Assembly (NCBI GenBank): GCA_030390025.1
Contig: CM059431.1
Coordinates: 158,474,001 to 158,538,000 of the forward strand
Length of the DNA: 64,000 nt
Direction: 5' to 3'
Source: Squalus acanthias
Lineage: Eukaryota
The notes beneath the pieces were generated by a model. The model did not search any database. It saw only the letters and a program-made list of their open reading frames with translations, and was not told the DNA's origin. Numbering within the stretch: the stretch's first letter is position 1; every line of letters starts with the position of its first letter. The position numbers were made by a program, and so were the translations under genes. Shown here piece by piece: positions 1-13,617 of the stretch.

Positions 1-1680
1 TATGGAGTAGGTGGATTTAAGCATACAAATCAGGCAGGGGGATTGTGAAATACTTGAATAAATTAGTATTGAGAGGGAGGAGGTACAAGCGGTTTTAACG
101 AGCTCAAACGTCGATAAATCCCCAGACCCAGACGAGATGTATTCCAGGCTGCTGTGTTAGTCAAGGGGGGAGATTGCAGGGACTCTGACACACATTTTCA
201 GAACTACTCTGGCCACAGGGGAGGGGCCAGAGGACTGGAGGACAGCTAACGTACTACCATTATTCAAGAAGAGTTGTAGGGATAAATCAGGGAATTACAG
301 GCCACTGAGCCTAACATCAGTGGTAGGGAAATTATTGGAAAACATTCCGAGGGACAGAATTCTTCTCCACTTGGAGAGCCAAGGATTTATCAAAGATAAG
401 ACTACATGGCTTTGTGAGGGGGAGACCATGTCTAACCAATTTGATTGCATTTTTAGAGGAGGTGACTAGGTGTGCAGATGAGCGTAGTACAGTTGATGTA
501 GTCTACATGGACTTCAGTAAGGCTTTAGACAAATACCCGCATGGCAGACTGGCAAGAATGTAAGAGCCCATGGGATCCAGGGCAGTTTGGCACATTGGAT
601 TCAAAATTGGCTGAGTGGCCGGAGGCAGAGGGTAATGGTCGAAGGTTGTTTTTCTGACTGGAAGCCTGTGTCCAGTGGTGTACCGCAGGGATCAGTGCAG
701 ACTCCTTTGCTGTTTGTAGTGTACATTAATGATTTAGATATGAATGTAGGAGGTATGATCAGTAAGTTCGCAGATAACAGGAAAATTGTTGGAGTGGTAA
801 ATAGCGAGGAGGGAAGCCTGAGGCTGCAGGACGATTTAGACGGGTTGGTCACATGGGCAGAACAGTGGCAAATAGAATTTAATCCTGAAAAGTGAGAAGT
901 GATGCATTTTGGGAGGACTAACAAGGCAAAGGAATAAACAATGAATGGTCGGAGCCTAGGAAGAACAGAGGACCAGAGTGAACTTGGTGTGCATCTACAC
1001 AGATCCCTGAAGGCAGCAGGACAGATAGATAAGATAGTTAAAAAGGCATATGGGAGACTTGCCTTCATTAGCCGAGGCATAGAATATAAGAGCGGGTGGT
1101 TATGATGGAGCTGCACATAACGCCAATTAGGCACAGCTGGAATACTGTGTTCAGTCCTGGTCGCCACACTATAGGAAGGATGTGATTGCATTGGAGACGG
1201 TGCAGAGAGGATTCAGGAGGATGTTACCTGGGCTGGAGCACTTCAGCTATGAAGAGAGACTGGACAGGCTAGGGTTGTTATCCTTAGAGCAGAGATGGCT
1301 GAGGGAGGAGCTGATTGAGGTGTACAAAATTATGAGGTGCATAGATAGGGTAGATAGAATGGAACGTTTCCCCTTTCTAGAGGGCTCAATTAGCAGGGGG
1401 CATAGTATCAAGGTAAGGGTCAAGAGGTTTAGAGGGGTTTTGAGAAAAAAACATTCACCCAGAGGGTGGTAGGAATCTGGAACACACAGTCTGAACGGGT
1501 GGTAGAGGTATGAACACTCAACATTCAAGAAGCTTTCAGGTGAGCACTTGAAACGCCATAGCATGCAAGGCTACGGACCAAGTGCTGGAAAATGGAATTA
1601 GAATTGATAGGGCTTGATGGCCGGCACGGACACGATGGGCCGAAGGTCCTCTTTCTATGCTGTATAAATCTATGACTCTA
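1..1680 (+). mobile_element. CR1 LINE, 3' half (decayed ORF2 RT and 3' tail); paralog of 56880-58470
   Basis: ORF pieces [25 protein letters not shown] and LEQRWLREELIEVYKIM; ends gggccgaagg..tgctgtataaatctatgactcta. Confidence 0.9.
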
Positions 1681-2580
1681 TATAATTGGAGTAATACTTA
1701 TTTACTCCTGTACTCAAATGCTCTTGTAATGAAGGCCATAATACCATTTGCCTTCCTGATGGCTTGCTGCACCTGCACATTCACTTAAAGTAACTCATGT
1801 ACAAGGACACCCAGGTCCCTTTGAGCAACTGCATTCCCCAATCTTCCACCATTTAGGAAATACACGTCCTTTCTGTTTCTTCTACCACAGTGGGTAACTT
1901 CAAATTTATCCACATTATATTCCATCTGCCATGTTCTCGCAACCACTCACTGAGCCTATCGAGATCCCCTTGAAGCCTCTTCACATGCTCTTCGCAACTG
2001 CCAACTAGATTTGTATCATCAGCAAATTTAGAAATGTTACATTTAGTCTCCTAATCCAAATTATTGATATAGATTGTGAATAGCTAAAACCCAAGAACCG
2101 ATCCTTGCGGTACCCTGCTGGTCACAGCCGGCCATCCTGAAAAAGACCCGTTAATTCATACTCTTTGTTTTCTTTCTGTTAACCAATTTTCAATACATAT
2201 TAGTATATTACGCCCAATTCCATGTTCCCTAATTTTGTTCACCAACCTCTTCTGTGGGACCATATCGAAGGCCTTCTGAAAATCCAGATACAACACATCC
2301 ACCGGTTTCCCTTTGTCTACAACACTAGTTACATCCTCAATGAAAGCCAATAGGTTTGTCAAACAGGATTTTCCTTTCATAGGTACATGTTGACTCTGCC
2401 CTATCTTACTATTAGTTTTCAAGTGCCCAGTTATTGCATCCAGCATTTTCTCAACTACTGATGTGAGGCTCACAGCTCTGCAGATCCCCGTTTTCTCCCC
2501 CCTCCTTTCCTAAATAGCGGGTTTAGATTTCTAATCCACCAATCTGCAAGAACCTTTCCAAAATCCATAGAATTTTGGAA
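1681..2580 (-). mobile_element. CR1 LINE RT fragment
   Basis: ORF 2156-2473 [24 protein letters not shown]; paralog at ~58470-59365. Confidence 0.88.
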
Positions 2581-5500
2581 GAATCGGATAACTCGGGCAG
2601 TGGATAGGGCTTTAAACTAAAAAAAATGTGGGGATGTTTCAGGTGAGGGGAAATTTAGAAATTTAAAGAGAATGGTCAAGGCTATAGAGTAGTGCAGTGA
2701 TTTGAGCAAAATTAAACAGAGTGTGACAGGAAGGGACAGAATGTTTAATGGTAGCAGTGCAGCAGAGAATAAGATCAAAGCAGGGAATATAGGTAAGACA
2801 ATTAAAGTAAAGCCTCTGTATCTGAATGCATGAAGCATTTGTAACACGATTGACGAACTAGTGGCACCGACAGAGCTAAATTGGTTTGATCTAATAGCCA
2901 TTACAGTGACATGGATGCAAGTTGGCCAAGGTTGGGAACTAAATGCTCCAGGGAACTTGACGTTTCGAAAAGACAGGCAGAATGGAAAAGGAGGGGGAGT
3001 AGTCCTGATAATAAAAGATGGCATAAGGACAGTAGCGGGACAGGATCTCGGATTGGAAGATCAGGAATTAGCATTAGTGTGGGTGCTGATGAGGAATAAG
3101 AAGGTATATAAACCACTGTTAGGAGTAGTATACAGGACCCCTAACAATATCTATACTGTTGAACAGAATATTAATCAAGAAATAGGAGCTTGCAACAAAG
3201 GTAATGCAATAATCTTGGGGGACTTTAATCTTCATATATACTGGATAAATCAAATTGGCAAAGGTAGTCTGGAGGACCAGTTCATGGAATACATTTGGGA
3301 CAGTTTCCTAGAGCAATATGTCATGGAACCAATCAGGGAACATGCTATTTTAGATTTTGTATTGTGTAATGAGACAGGGTTAATTAGAAATCACATGGTA
3401 TCGGATCCACTGGGGCAGAGTTATCATAATATGATAGAATTTTACGTTAATTTTGAGAGTGACTTGCCTAAGTCCGAAACTAGTGCCTTAAACATAAATA
3501 AACCCAATTACATAGGTATGAGTGGCGAGTTGGCTGAGGTAGATTGGAAAAATAGATTAAAAGTTATGGTTCTTTGTAAGCAGTGGCTAGGATGTAAAGA
3601 TATATTCCATTATTCTCCACAAAAATGCATTCCATTGAGAAACAAAAACTCCACGGGAAATGTTATCCATCCGTGGCTAACTAAAGAAGTTTAGGATAGC
3701 ACAAGATTGAAGGAAGAACATTACAATGTTGCATAGAATAATTGTAGGCCTGAAGATTGTGAGAGTTTAAAAAACCAGCAAAGGTTGACCAAAAAATTGA
3801 TAACAAGGGGAAAAAATAGAATATGATATAAAACTAGCAAGAAATATAAAAGCAGATCTTAAGATTTTCTACAAGTATGTAAATAGGAAAATAATTAAAT
3901 GATTGTTGCATGTCCCAGCCCCTTTGGGACTATCACGGATTAGGCATATTTTCCAGATGTTCATTTTCAACTAAAGATGAGGTCGCCGAATCCTAAAGAC
4001 ACTTATCTAGGTCATAAGATCCGGTCTATCTCTCCTAAAAGGAAAGGAGCAACCCGAGAATGTTGCCGTCCTCCTGATAGCACTTTTAATAAGATTAGCC
4101 TGACTGCAACGTCCCGGATATTATGAGGGACCCGAGATCTCCACTCAGAAATGTACGTCTTCACCACAGTGTTCGCGAGATATTGATGCAGAAGATTTAT
4201 GTGAGCTAATTCTAAGAGTCTTATTAAAAGAACCGACACTCCATTTACAGTTGGTGAATCAGTCAGTCGCATCGTTAACAGATCTAAAAAGAGAAAAAAT
4301 ACAATCTTATTTTTAACACAGAATCTTATATTTCAATCTTAACTTCACTGCAATATTACAGTTCTTAAATTTTTCCATAAGGATGTCCATGAAACCAACA
4401 AGTTAGCAATTACCTGAATCCCCGAAGAACAAAAGTGTAAAGGACTACTGAAACGTCCCTGATGTCGACAATCGCTTTGCCCGATTAAAGCGAGTCTGAT
4501 TATCTCATTCGAGAATTCAATATTTATACCCTTTTTCAGTTGTATTTCATAAGGCTTCTGTTGATCCAAGTTATTTATCACAAATCATCTTTATGCTAAA
4601 CCCTGCACATCCTACTGCCACATCATCAATAGCAGTTGGGAGCTTACCATTTATGTTCATCGGCAGAAGTCCTTTACCTCACGTGTCATCCATAAGAGGA
4701 TTAATCAAGATCATTTATCCAGGGTTGACCATAGTCCTGCTTTAATATATGTATCCATTCGGGGCCAACAGTTCTGCTGTTTTAATAAGGTTACTTATTC
4801 AGGGTCAACAACTGTCCTGTTCCAACAGACAAAATTCTTTCATAGCTAGGATTCCAAATTTCCAAATCCAGCTTTTTATGTTTTAAAGCATTTATAAGGT
4901 AGTATTCCTTATAAGGTATTATTCAGGGTCAACACATGTCCTGTCTCAACAAGGCCATAATTATTTCATAGCTACAATTTCCAAATCCAAATTGTCATGT
5001 TTTTAAAGAAGGTATCAGGTAAAAATTCTTATAAGGTAGTATATTTTTCCAAAAAATTAATAAGTTAGAATTTCTTCATTTGGTTGTGTATTTTCCTAAA
5101 AATGATATAAGGTAGAATTCCTTCACAAGAGTAGCAAAAGTAAACGTTGTTCCATTAGAGGCTGAGACAGGAGAAATTATTATGGGGAATACGGAAATGA
5201 CAGAAAAGTTAAACAAATATTTTGTATCTGTCTTCACAGTAGAATACAAAATAAAAATACCGAAAATGCCATGGAACCAAGGGTCTAATGAGGGTGAGGA
5301 ACTTAACGTAATTAATAGAAGTAGAGATAATTTACGAGAGAAACTATTGGGACTAAAATCCGACAAATCCCCTGGAACTGAAGGCCTACCACTTGGGTTC
5401 TAAAAGAGGTGGCTGGAGAGATAGTTTTTTGAAGATGTAAGTAGCAGGGTAGATAAAGGGGAACGCGTAGATGTAGTATATTTGGATTTCCAAAAAGTAT

Positions 5501-6665
5501 TCGATAAGGTGCAACATGAAAAGATTATTACACAAGATTAGGCCTCATGGGGTTGGGGCCAATAAAGTAGCATGGATAGTGCATTGGTTAACGTACATAA
5601 AATTGAGAGTAGGGAAAAATGGATATTTTTCAGGTTGGCTGAGTGTAACTAGTGGGGTACAGCAAGGGTCAATGCTGGAGCCTCAGATATTTACAATCTA
5701 TATTAATGACCTAGAAGAAGGAAACGAGTGTAATGATTCAAAGTTTGCTGACAATACAAAGCTAGGTGGGAAAGTAAGCAGTGAGGAGAACAAAAAGAGT
5801 CTGGAACGGGATATAGATAGACTGAGTGAGTGGGCAGTAAGGTGGGAAATGGAGTATAATGTAGGGGAATGTGAGGTTATTCACTTTGTTATGAAGAATA
5901 GAAAAACGGTTTTTTTAAATGGTGAGAATCTTTGAAATGTTGCTGTTCACAAGATTTGGGATTCCTCGTGCAAGAAACACAAAAAAATAGCATACAGGTA
6001 CAACAAGCAATAAGGAAGTTAAATGGTATGTTGGCCTTTATTGCAATCGGGGCTGGAGTATAAGTGTAAGGAGGTATTGCTATAATTGTACAGGACCTTG
6101 ATGACACCACACCTGGAGTGCTGTGCACATTTTTTGTCTCCTTATGTAAGAAAAGATATACTTGCCTTGGAGGCTGTGCAACAAATGTTCACTTGATTGA
6201 TTGCTGGGATGAGAGGGTTGTCCTATGTTGACAGATTGTGTAGAATGGGCCTATACTCTCTGGAGTTCAGTAGAATAAGAGGTGATCTCATTGAAACATA
6301 CAAGATTCTGAAGGGGATGGACAGGGTAAATGCTGAGAGGTTGTTTCCCCCGGCTGGATTGTCTATAACTAGGGGGTACAGTTTCAGAATAAGTGTAAGG
6401 CCATTTAAGACTGAGATGAGGAGGAATTTCTTCACTCAGAGGGTTGTGAATCTTTGACATTCTCATCCCCAGAGGGCTCTGAATGCTGAGACTTTGAGTT
6501 TATTCAAGGCTAAGCTAGATAGATTGTTGGACGCGGGGGGAATCAAGGGTTAAGGAGATGGGCTGGGAAAGTGGAATTGCGGTCAACGATCAGGCATAAC
6601 TTAATTGAATGTCGGAGCATGCCAAAGGAGCCGTATGGCCTAATCCTGCTCTTGTTTCGTATGTA
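2581..6665 (+). mobile_element. CR1 LINE (end of ORF1, ORF2 endonuclease and RT, 3' end), interrupted at 3891-5127, internal deletion near 5424
   Basis: ORF 2861-3694 has APE endonuclease motifs (GVVYRTPN, ILGDFNL, ILDFVLCN); RT ORFs 5516-5935 and 6197-6457; CR1 sequence ..ggaaa (3890) resumes as agagtagcaaaag at 5128. Confidence 0.88.
3904..5127 (-). mobile_element. Solo-LTR-like element (~1.2 kb), family unknown
   Basis: Interrupts a CR1; minus strand begins TGTGAAGG and ends GCAACA; two ~125-bp direct repeats at ~4790-5040; TATAAATA on minus at 4521-4528; no clean TSD. Confidence 0.5.
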
Positions 6666-7860
6666 CTTTGTAGACAGTGGTAATGTAGCAGATGTAATAC
6701 ATCTATATTTATAAAATGCCTTTGATATGGTATCACATAATAATCTAATGAATATGGTGAGAGCATGAGGATTCGGGGGACAAGTTGCAGAATGGATAAC
6801 GAGGTGGCTGCAAGACAGAAATCAGAGAGTTCGGGTAAAGGATAGCTATTCAGAGTGGCAGAAGGTGAATAGTGGGATTCCACAAGGATCACTGCTTGGA
6901 CCACTGTTGTTCATAATTTACTTTAACGATTTAGACTTTGGAATCAGAAACACATTTTCTAAATTTGTGGACAACATCAAATTGAGAGGGAAAGTAAGTA
7001 CTGAGGAGGACTTCATGAAATTAGAAGAAGACATTAATAAACTTGCAGAATGGGCATATATTTGGCAAATTAATTTCAACATAGATAAGTGTGATGTATT
7101 ACATTTTGGTCAGAAAAATAAGGTCAAATATGACTTAGAAAATAAGAATCTATATTAGGTAGATGAGCAATGGGGTATCGGAGTAAAATACGCAAATCAT
7201 TAAAAGTTACGATGCAGATCAATAAGTCCATAACAGAAGCAAACCAAGCAAAAGGATTTATTTGTAGAGGGATATCATTGAAAGTAAAGAAGTTATGCTA
7301 AACTTGTATCGAACGTTGGTTAGATCACACTTGGAATACTGGTTCTAGTTCTGGCCATGTTATAGAAAAAGCACATAGAGGCACTTGAGTAGGCGCAATT
7401 TTATTTACATGGATAATACCAAAACTGCGAATTTATACCTATCCGGAAAGGTTGATCAGCCTAAGTCTCTTTTCTCCTGAAAAGAGAGGGCTCAGGGCTG
7501 ACCTAACAGAAGTCTTTAAAATTATGAAAGGTTTTGATACAGTATAAATAGTTTTCCCACTTGTTGGGGAGAGCAAAACTACAGGCCATCAATATAAGGT
7601 AGTCACCAAGAAATCAAATAGGGAATTCAGAAGAAACATCTTTAGCCAGAGAGTGGTGAGAATGTGGAACTCGCTACAACAGGGAGAGGTTGAAGCGAAT
7701 AGTATAGATGCATTTAAGGGTTGCCTTGTTGGAGGCTTTATTGGAGAATGGAACAGAGGGTTATGCTGATAGTTAGATGAGGGAGATTGTGAGGAAGCTC
7801 GAGTGAATCATATATGGACTGGTTGAGCCAAATGTCTTTTTCTGTGCTGTATATTTGTAA
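6666..7860 (+). mobile_element. Older CR1 LINE RT and 3' end
   Basis: ORF 6865-7158 SGIPQGSLLGPLLFIIYFNDL; CR1-type tail tttctgtgctgtata. Confidence 0.85.
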
Positions 7861-7929
7861 TTATAGGTAATCCATATGTTCACAATTTAACAATAAGAGG
7901 GCAGATAGCAATATTCGCTCTAATTATTT

Positions 7930-8110
7930 TTTGGATGCGGCTCCCTTTAACGGGCTGCGGGGCTCATTCACAATTTCGCGCATGTGCGAAAACTAGCATA
8001 GAAAAGCCGGTAATCGGCCTGCGCGGTATCTCCAGATAGCAGCGCAGACGTGAAGCTTAGCGGGAACGTTGCAGTGGAGTTTAGATAGAGGGGGAACTGG
8101 GGAAAACTCG
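7930..8110 (+). promoter_or_regulatory. Promoter-like CpG-containing segment, cassette A
   Basis: Non-TE, locally CpG-rich; NRF1-like GCGCATGTGCG at 7978-7988; paralog at ~36640-36820. Confidence 0.4.
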
Positions 8111-8604
8111 TGTAGGGTGAAGGTTTGGGGAGGTACAAATATTTCCTCTGATGATAGAAGTGAAAATGTTGATAAAATAAAGTAGGATTTGCGTCCATAG
8201 TTTGGGACACTGTAGAGAAGTATTCGGATCTGAGAAAAATAGACGAGGTGGATAAGTCATAGTGCCTGAGATAATGCACCTCAGACTCTTAATGGAAATC
8301 ATAGGGGAGATAAATGCGACTCTGACCACAATTTTGCAATCCTCATACAATATCACAAATGTACAGGTGGACTGAAAAAGCCTAAACAATGCCTCTGTTA
8401 AAATGGGGAGAGAGGTTCAGCCAGTTAACTGGAGACCTATTAGTCTGTTATTTGTGAGCAAGCTGTGCCAATTTGTAATTCCAGGTTGAATTAGTGAACA
8501 TTTACAGATAAAGGGGAGGCTGCAACAGATTAGCTGTAGACAAGTTCTATTTGACTAATTTGATGCAGCTTTTCTGAGACGTGTCTGTATGGATCTGCTG
8601 TAGA

Positions 8605-9020
8605 AAGCACCCATCACCGTGTGCTTTCTGACCTCCATTGGCTCCCGATCCGGCAACACCTCGATTTAAAATATCTCATTCAAGTTTTCAAATCCCGACA
8701 TGGCCGCGCCCCTGCCTATCTCTGTCACCTGCTCTAGCCCAAAACCCTTGGAGATCTCTGTGATCCTCCAATTCTGGCCTCTTGCGCATACCCGATTTTA
8801 ATCACTCCGCCATTGGCGGCCATGCCTTCTACTGCCCTAAATTCTGAAATTCCCTCTCTCTGCTTTAAGACGCTCCTTAAAACCTACTTCTTTGAACAAG
8901 CTTTTTGACACGTGTCCTAATATGTGGCTCGGAGTCAAATTGTGTTTGATAACGCTCCTGCGAAATGCCTTGGAAAATCATTGTACGTTTAAAAAGCTAT
9001 ATAAATGGAAGCTGTTGTTG
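8605..9020 (+). mobile_element. L2-type LINE/SINE 3' end
   Basis: cattggctcccg..aaaacctac..ctatataaatggaagctgttgttgt tail shared with the other L2 ends in the window. Confidence 0.75.
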
Positions 9021-9269
9021 TGGTCCTGTAATCTTGCCTAATCAACCCGATAATTCGGGTCTCTGTCTATGCTACCCAGCCAGGAACTTTGCTGTACATC
9101 ATCTCATTCTGAATCAGTACCTGATCCTGCAGATAGATTGCAGCACATTCAACTTGTTTGCAAACTTCTGCCAGGCGAGCTAAAGTGCCTCTTGTTGCCC
9201 TGGTTTACGCTGCCCGCCCTCTTTTGCCAGACACGGTGCACTTCAATCCTGTAGGGTGGGCTTAGTCCG

Positions 9270-11280
9270 GGGAATGTCAATGTCGGGCTGGCTGAGTGCA
9301 GTTTTGAGCAAAATGAGTGTGGTTTGGGTGTTGGGCCAGATCAGTGGAGTGTCGGTGTTGGGCTGGGTCAGTGGGGTGTCGGTGCAGGGCAGGGGCCGTG
9401 CTGTGTCGCAGTTGTGCTGGGTCAGTGGGGTGCCGGTTTGGGGCTGGGTCAATGGGGTGTCGGTGTGTGGCTCGTTCAGTGCTGTGTCGGTGTTGGGCTT
9501 GGTCAGTGGGGTGCCGGTTTGGGGCTGCGTCAGTCGGGTTTCGGTGTGAGGCTGGGTCAGTGCTGTGTCGTTGTGGGGCTGGGTCAGTGGGGTGTCGTTA
9601 TGGGGCTGGTGAGTCGGGTGTGTTTGTGTAGGGCGTGGTCCGTGGTATGTCGGTTTTGGGTTGGGTCAGTGGGCTGTCGTTGTGGGGCTGGGTCAGTTGG
9701 GTGTCGGTGTGGGGCTGTGTCAGTGGGGTGTCGGTGTGGGGTTGGTTCAGTGGTGTGTCGATGTGGGGCTGGTCAGTGGGGTGTCGGTGTGGGACTGGGG
9801 CAGTGGTGTGTCGGTGTGGGTCTGGGTCAGTGGTTTGTCGGTACGGGGCTGGGTCAGTGAGGTGTCGCTGTGGGACTGGGTCATTGGGGTGTGGGTGTGG
9901 GGCTTGGTGAGTGGGATTTCGGTGTAGGTTTGGGTCAGTGGGATATGGTGTGGGGCTGGGTCAGTGCATTTATGTGAGGGGCTGGATAAGTGGGGTATGG
10001 TGTGGGGCTGTGTCAGTGGGGTATGGTGTGGGGCTGGTTTCGTAGGGTATGGTGTGGGGTTGGGTCAGTGGGGTGTGGGTTTAGGGCTGGGTCAGTGGGG
10101 TGTCGGTGTGGGGCTGGGACTTTGGGGTATCGGTGTTGGTCTGGGTCAGTGGGGTTTCGATGTGGGGCCGTGTCAGTGGTGTGTAGGTGTAGGGCTGGGT
10201 CAGTGGGGTGTCGATATAGGGCTGGTCAGTGGGGTGTCGGTGTGGGCCTGAGTCAGTGGGGTGGCAGTGTAGTGCTGTATAAATGGGCTGTCGGTGTAGG
10301 GCTGTTGCAATGGGGTGTCGGTGTGGAGCTGGGTCAGTGGGGTGTCGAAGTGGGCCTGGGTTAGTGGCGTGTCGGAGTGGGCCTGGGTTAGTGGGGTATC
10401 TTGTGGGGCTGTGTCAATGGGGTGTCGGTGCGGGGCTGGGTCAGTGGGGTATGCTGTGGGGCTGGGTCAGTGTGTTGTGGCTGAGTTGCTGGGTCAGTGG
10501 GGTATGGTGTGGGGCTGGGTCAGTGGGGTATGGTGTGGAGCTGGGTCAGTGGGGTATGTTGTGTGTCAGGGTCAGTGGGGTATGGTGTGGGGATGCTTCC
10601 GTGGGGTATGGTGTTTGGCTGGGTCAGTGGGGTGTCGTTGTAGGGCTTGGTCAGTGGGGTTTCAATTTGGGGCTGTGTCAGTGGGATTTTGGTGTGGGCC
10701 TGGGTTAGTGGGGTATGGTGTCGGGCTGATTCCGTCGTGTGCCGGTGTAGGGCTGGTTCCGTGGTGTGTCGGTGTGGGGGTGGGTTAGCGTGGATTTGCT
10801 GTGGGCTGGGATAGTGGGGTTTGCTGTGGGGCTGTTTCAGTGGGGTATTGGTGTGGGGCTGTTTCAGTTCTGTGTCGGTGTAGAGCTGGTTCGTATGGGT
10901 ATCGAGGTTGGGCAGGCAGATTGGGGGTGTCTGTTTTGAGTCAGTGAGTGTGTCGGTTTTGGGTTTTGTCAGTGCGGTGCTGGTATAAGGGTGGGTCAGT
11001 GCGATATCTGGGATGGGTCTGTGAGGTTTTCGCTGTTCGGCAAGTTCGGTGGGGTGTCTGTGTAGGGTTGAACCAGTGGGGCTGTGTCGGTGGGGGTGCG
11101 GGGGAAGGGTTGGTGGGTGTGGGGAATGATCGGTGGAGATGGAGTTGTAGGGTCGTTGGGGGCAGGGCTGTGTCGGTGGGTGCGGGGCGGGGCTTGGTCG
11201 TTTGGGGGCGGCTTTGGGTCGCTGTGGGGCGGGTCAATGTGTGGCTAGGTCAACTGGGCGTAAGTGTTGGGCTGAACCAG
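9270..11280 (+). repeat. G/T-rich minisatellite, ~27-bp unit GGGGCTGGGTCAGTGGGGTGTCGGTGT
   Basis: Visible tandem units; 9-aa periodicity (GVSVWGWVS) in spurious ORFs. Confidence 0.95.
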
Positions 11281-11779
11281 TGGGAAGAATCAACAACAGC
11301 ACGTGAACTATCCAGGGTCGATGACAGGGCAAGCTCCGGTTTACAGAGCCTCACTGCAAAGAAAAGATGTATTTTATGGTAAGATTGATGAACAATAGGA
11401 AGAAAGGAATTGGAAGATTATGCTGATAGGGTCAGATGAAGAGGTACGTGTGGAGGTTCCTGTGAAGTATAAACACAGGCTTGGACCAGTTGAGTCGAAT
11501 GGAATGTTTCTGAGCTCTACATTCTATGTAATTCTCTGTATTAAAAAAGGGAAGCGACGGCGCTGCATTTTCTGAAGCAGTTTTTTAAAAGGAGAATATC
11601 GTAAGCTTTGCTCTAATTCTGGAAACTGCAGGAAGCAAACCCTTCCGTGGAAATGGGAGATTCTAGTCGCCCAGCCAGCAAACGTGGCATGTTTTGTTAA
11701 AGTGAAATGAGTTTAACAGTCGCTGTAACATTAAACCACAAATGAGACTTATGTATTTCAGAGGAGACAGTTTGTTCAA

Positions 11780-12940
11780 AGAGTTGTGCCCAGTTTGCCC
11801 CATGGGTGAAGAGTTAGACATGTTTATCTCTATCTCCAGCATTGCTTTCCTCAATGTTTTCTCACCTCCCGAATCTTTGCCCATCCTTCTCACAACTCCA
11901 TGTTTGCATCTCTCCAGTCGTGTTTTCACTCCTGCCACAGCACTGAAATGACAATAATCAAAGTCAAATATGAAACGTTCCATAAATGTGACCGTAAATT
12001 TCCCATCCCACTCATTTTTCTTGACCTCTGCAATCTTTGACATGGCCGAGCACAATATCCTGCAACGCCTCGCCCCCGTAGTCCCAGTGGGACTGCCCTC
12101 GCTTGGTTCCACTTTTATCAATCCAGTCGTAACCAGAGAATCTTCATAAATAGTTTATCTTCCCTCTCTCGCACTGTTACCCTGGAGACCCATAGATCCC
12201 CTTTCGCCCCTTCTATTTCTCATCTACGTGCTGCCCCTTGGAGACATTAACCAAAGGCAAGTGTTGAGCTTTCACATGGGCTTGAACGACCGCCGCAAAT
12301 TATCTTCCCTTGTCGGTGAGTCCATCCCGTTCCAGCCAGTGACTCGGATTGAACCGGACTGTTTACAAACTCAGCGATCTTTATGATGCCAAGCTGAGCT
12401 TTCGACCCGATATTCTCTCCACCACAAAGATCTACTTACACCTCCATAAAATTGCCCATCTTAATCCCTGCTTCACCCCATCTGCTGCTGAAACCCTCAT
12501 GCATGCTTTTATCTAAACGAGACTCGAATTTTCCAGTGCTCTCCGGCCGTCTTTTGCTCCTTTCACTCACCGTAACCTTGGGCGAATCTAAAATGCTGCT
12601 CTGCGATCACCCTTGTCCTTGAGAACCTACATTGGCTCCCGGTCCACCAGAACCTCCAAATTAAATCACTCATCCTCCTTTAAATCCCTTCATGGTCCTG
12701 TTTCTCCCTTTCCCTGCAACATCCTCCAGCCCTACTGTCACCGACCACCAGGATCTCTCTGTTCCTCCGGTTCTGGGCTCGATTGCATTTCACCCTCTCC
12801 TCAGCCCATCTGTGATGGTTGTGCATTCGGCTGTCCCGTTTCTCTGCTCTGAAATTCCTCAACAATACCTCTCCAGCTTCCTCCCCTTCTTTAAAGATGC
12901 TCCTAAATACGACTTATTTGACCAAACTTGTGGGTGACTC
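11780..12940 (+). mobile_element. Decayed L2 LINE 3' portion
   Basis: Homologous to the L2 copies at 28976-29870 and, reverse-complemented, 13700-15067. Confidence 0.75.
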
Positions 12941-12960
12941 CTCCTTCTGATTACTGATCC

Positions 12961-13025
12961 GAAACTGAAACTACATTTTCGCAGTGGGGAAAATAAAAGG
13001 AGGCGTATAAGTGTTTGATTGGACG
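12961..13025 (+). promoter_or_regulatory. ISRE-like motif plus inverted CCAAT
   Basis: GAAACTGAAACT at 12961-12972 matches GAAANNGAAACT; GATTGG at ~13017-13022; the paralog at ~30020-30055 has GGGGAAATGAAA and ATTGG. Confidence 0.35.
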
Positions 13026-13574
13026 AAACTGTGTGGGCACACACGGCGAGACACGCGCAAAAGTGGAGAATTGTGATTGCGAAATTTCAGTCAAATCTAA
13101 CACTTGTATATTAATATCCATTTCTGAGATTGTCAGACCCCTAAAGATATTCCACAAACAAAAGATGTGCATTACCTCACTGTTTAACGTTTCATGATTC
13201 ATAACTATATACATTACTGTTAATATTAGTGGAACAGCGGTAAATATCCTCACCTCCAACTGTGCACATTAGTCAGGTGCTGACACCATGAGAGATATGG
13301 TCAATACATTCAAATAGAAGCACCGACCAGGACACATCTCCACGAACACACGAACAATGTCACAGCCCAAAGAGACCAGAGGGATCACACCGATCTATAT
13401 ATTGTGTGCGGATAGATATAATAGTAATAAATTAACGGAATATAATGTCAAATCTGAGCAAATCCAAAATATTAAACAAAAATCTGTGAATAAATATATG
13501 ATATCGCCAGACTATAAAACCGAGCGAAGGATAATTTAATTCATTTTGATCACCCGTTCTATATTTCCCCGCAG

Positions 13575-13617
13575 AATATTCCCTTCCTCAGGAATAATGT
13601 TGGTTTTGAAGTGCAAT
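13575..13617 (+). other. Putative 43-nt micro-exon (probably 5' UTR), copy 1
   Basis: atatttccccgcAG|...|GTGAGT; both splice sites conserved in the paralog at 30614-30658. Confidence 0.55.

Noticed and set aside
9243..11382. Cys/Gly/Trp-rich ORFs resembling keratin-associated proteins (also 36922-42481)
   Set aside because: Open in several frames at once because the minisatellite lacks stop codons; translation artefact
11285..11383. Possible exon ending in GTAAG after the satellite (paralog donor at 42558)
   Set aside because: The donor lies inside a CR1 3'-end relic and there is no polypyrimidine acceptor; insufficient support
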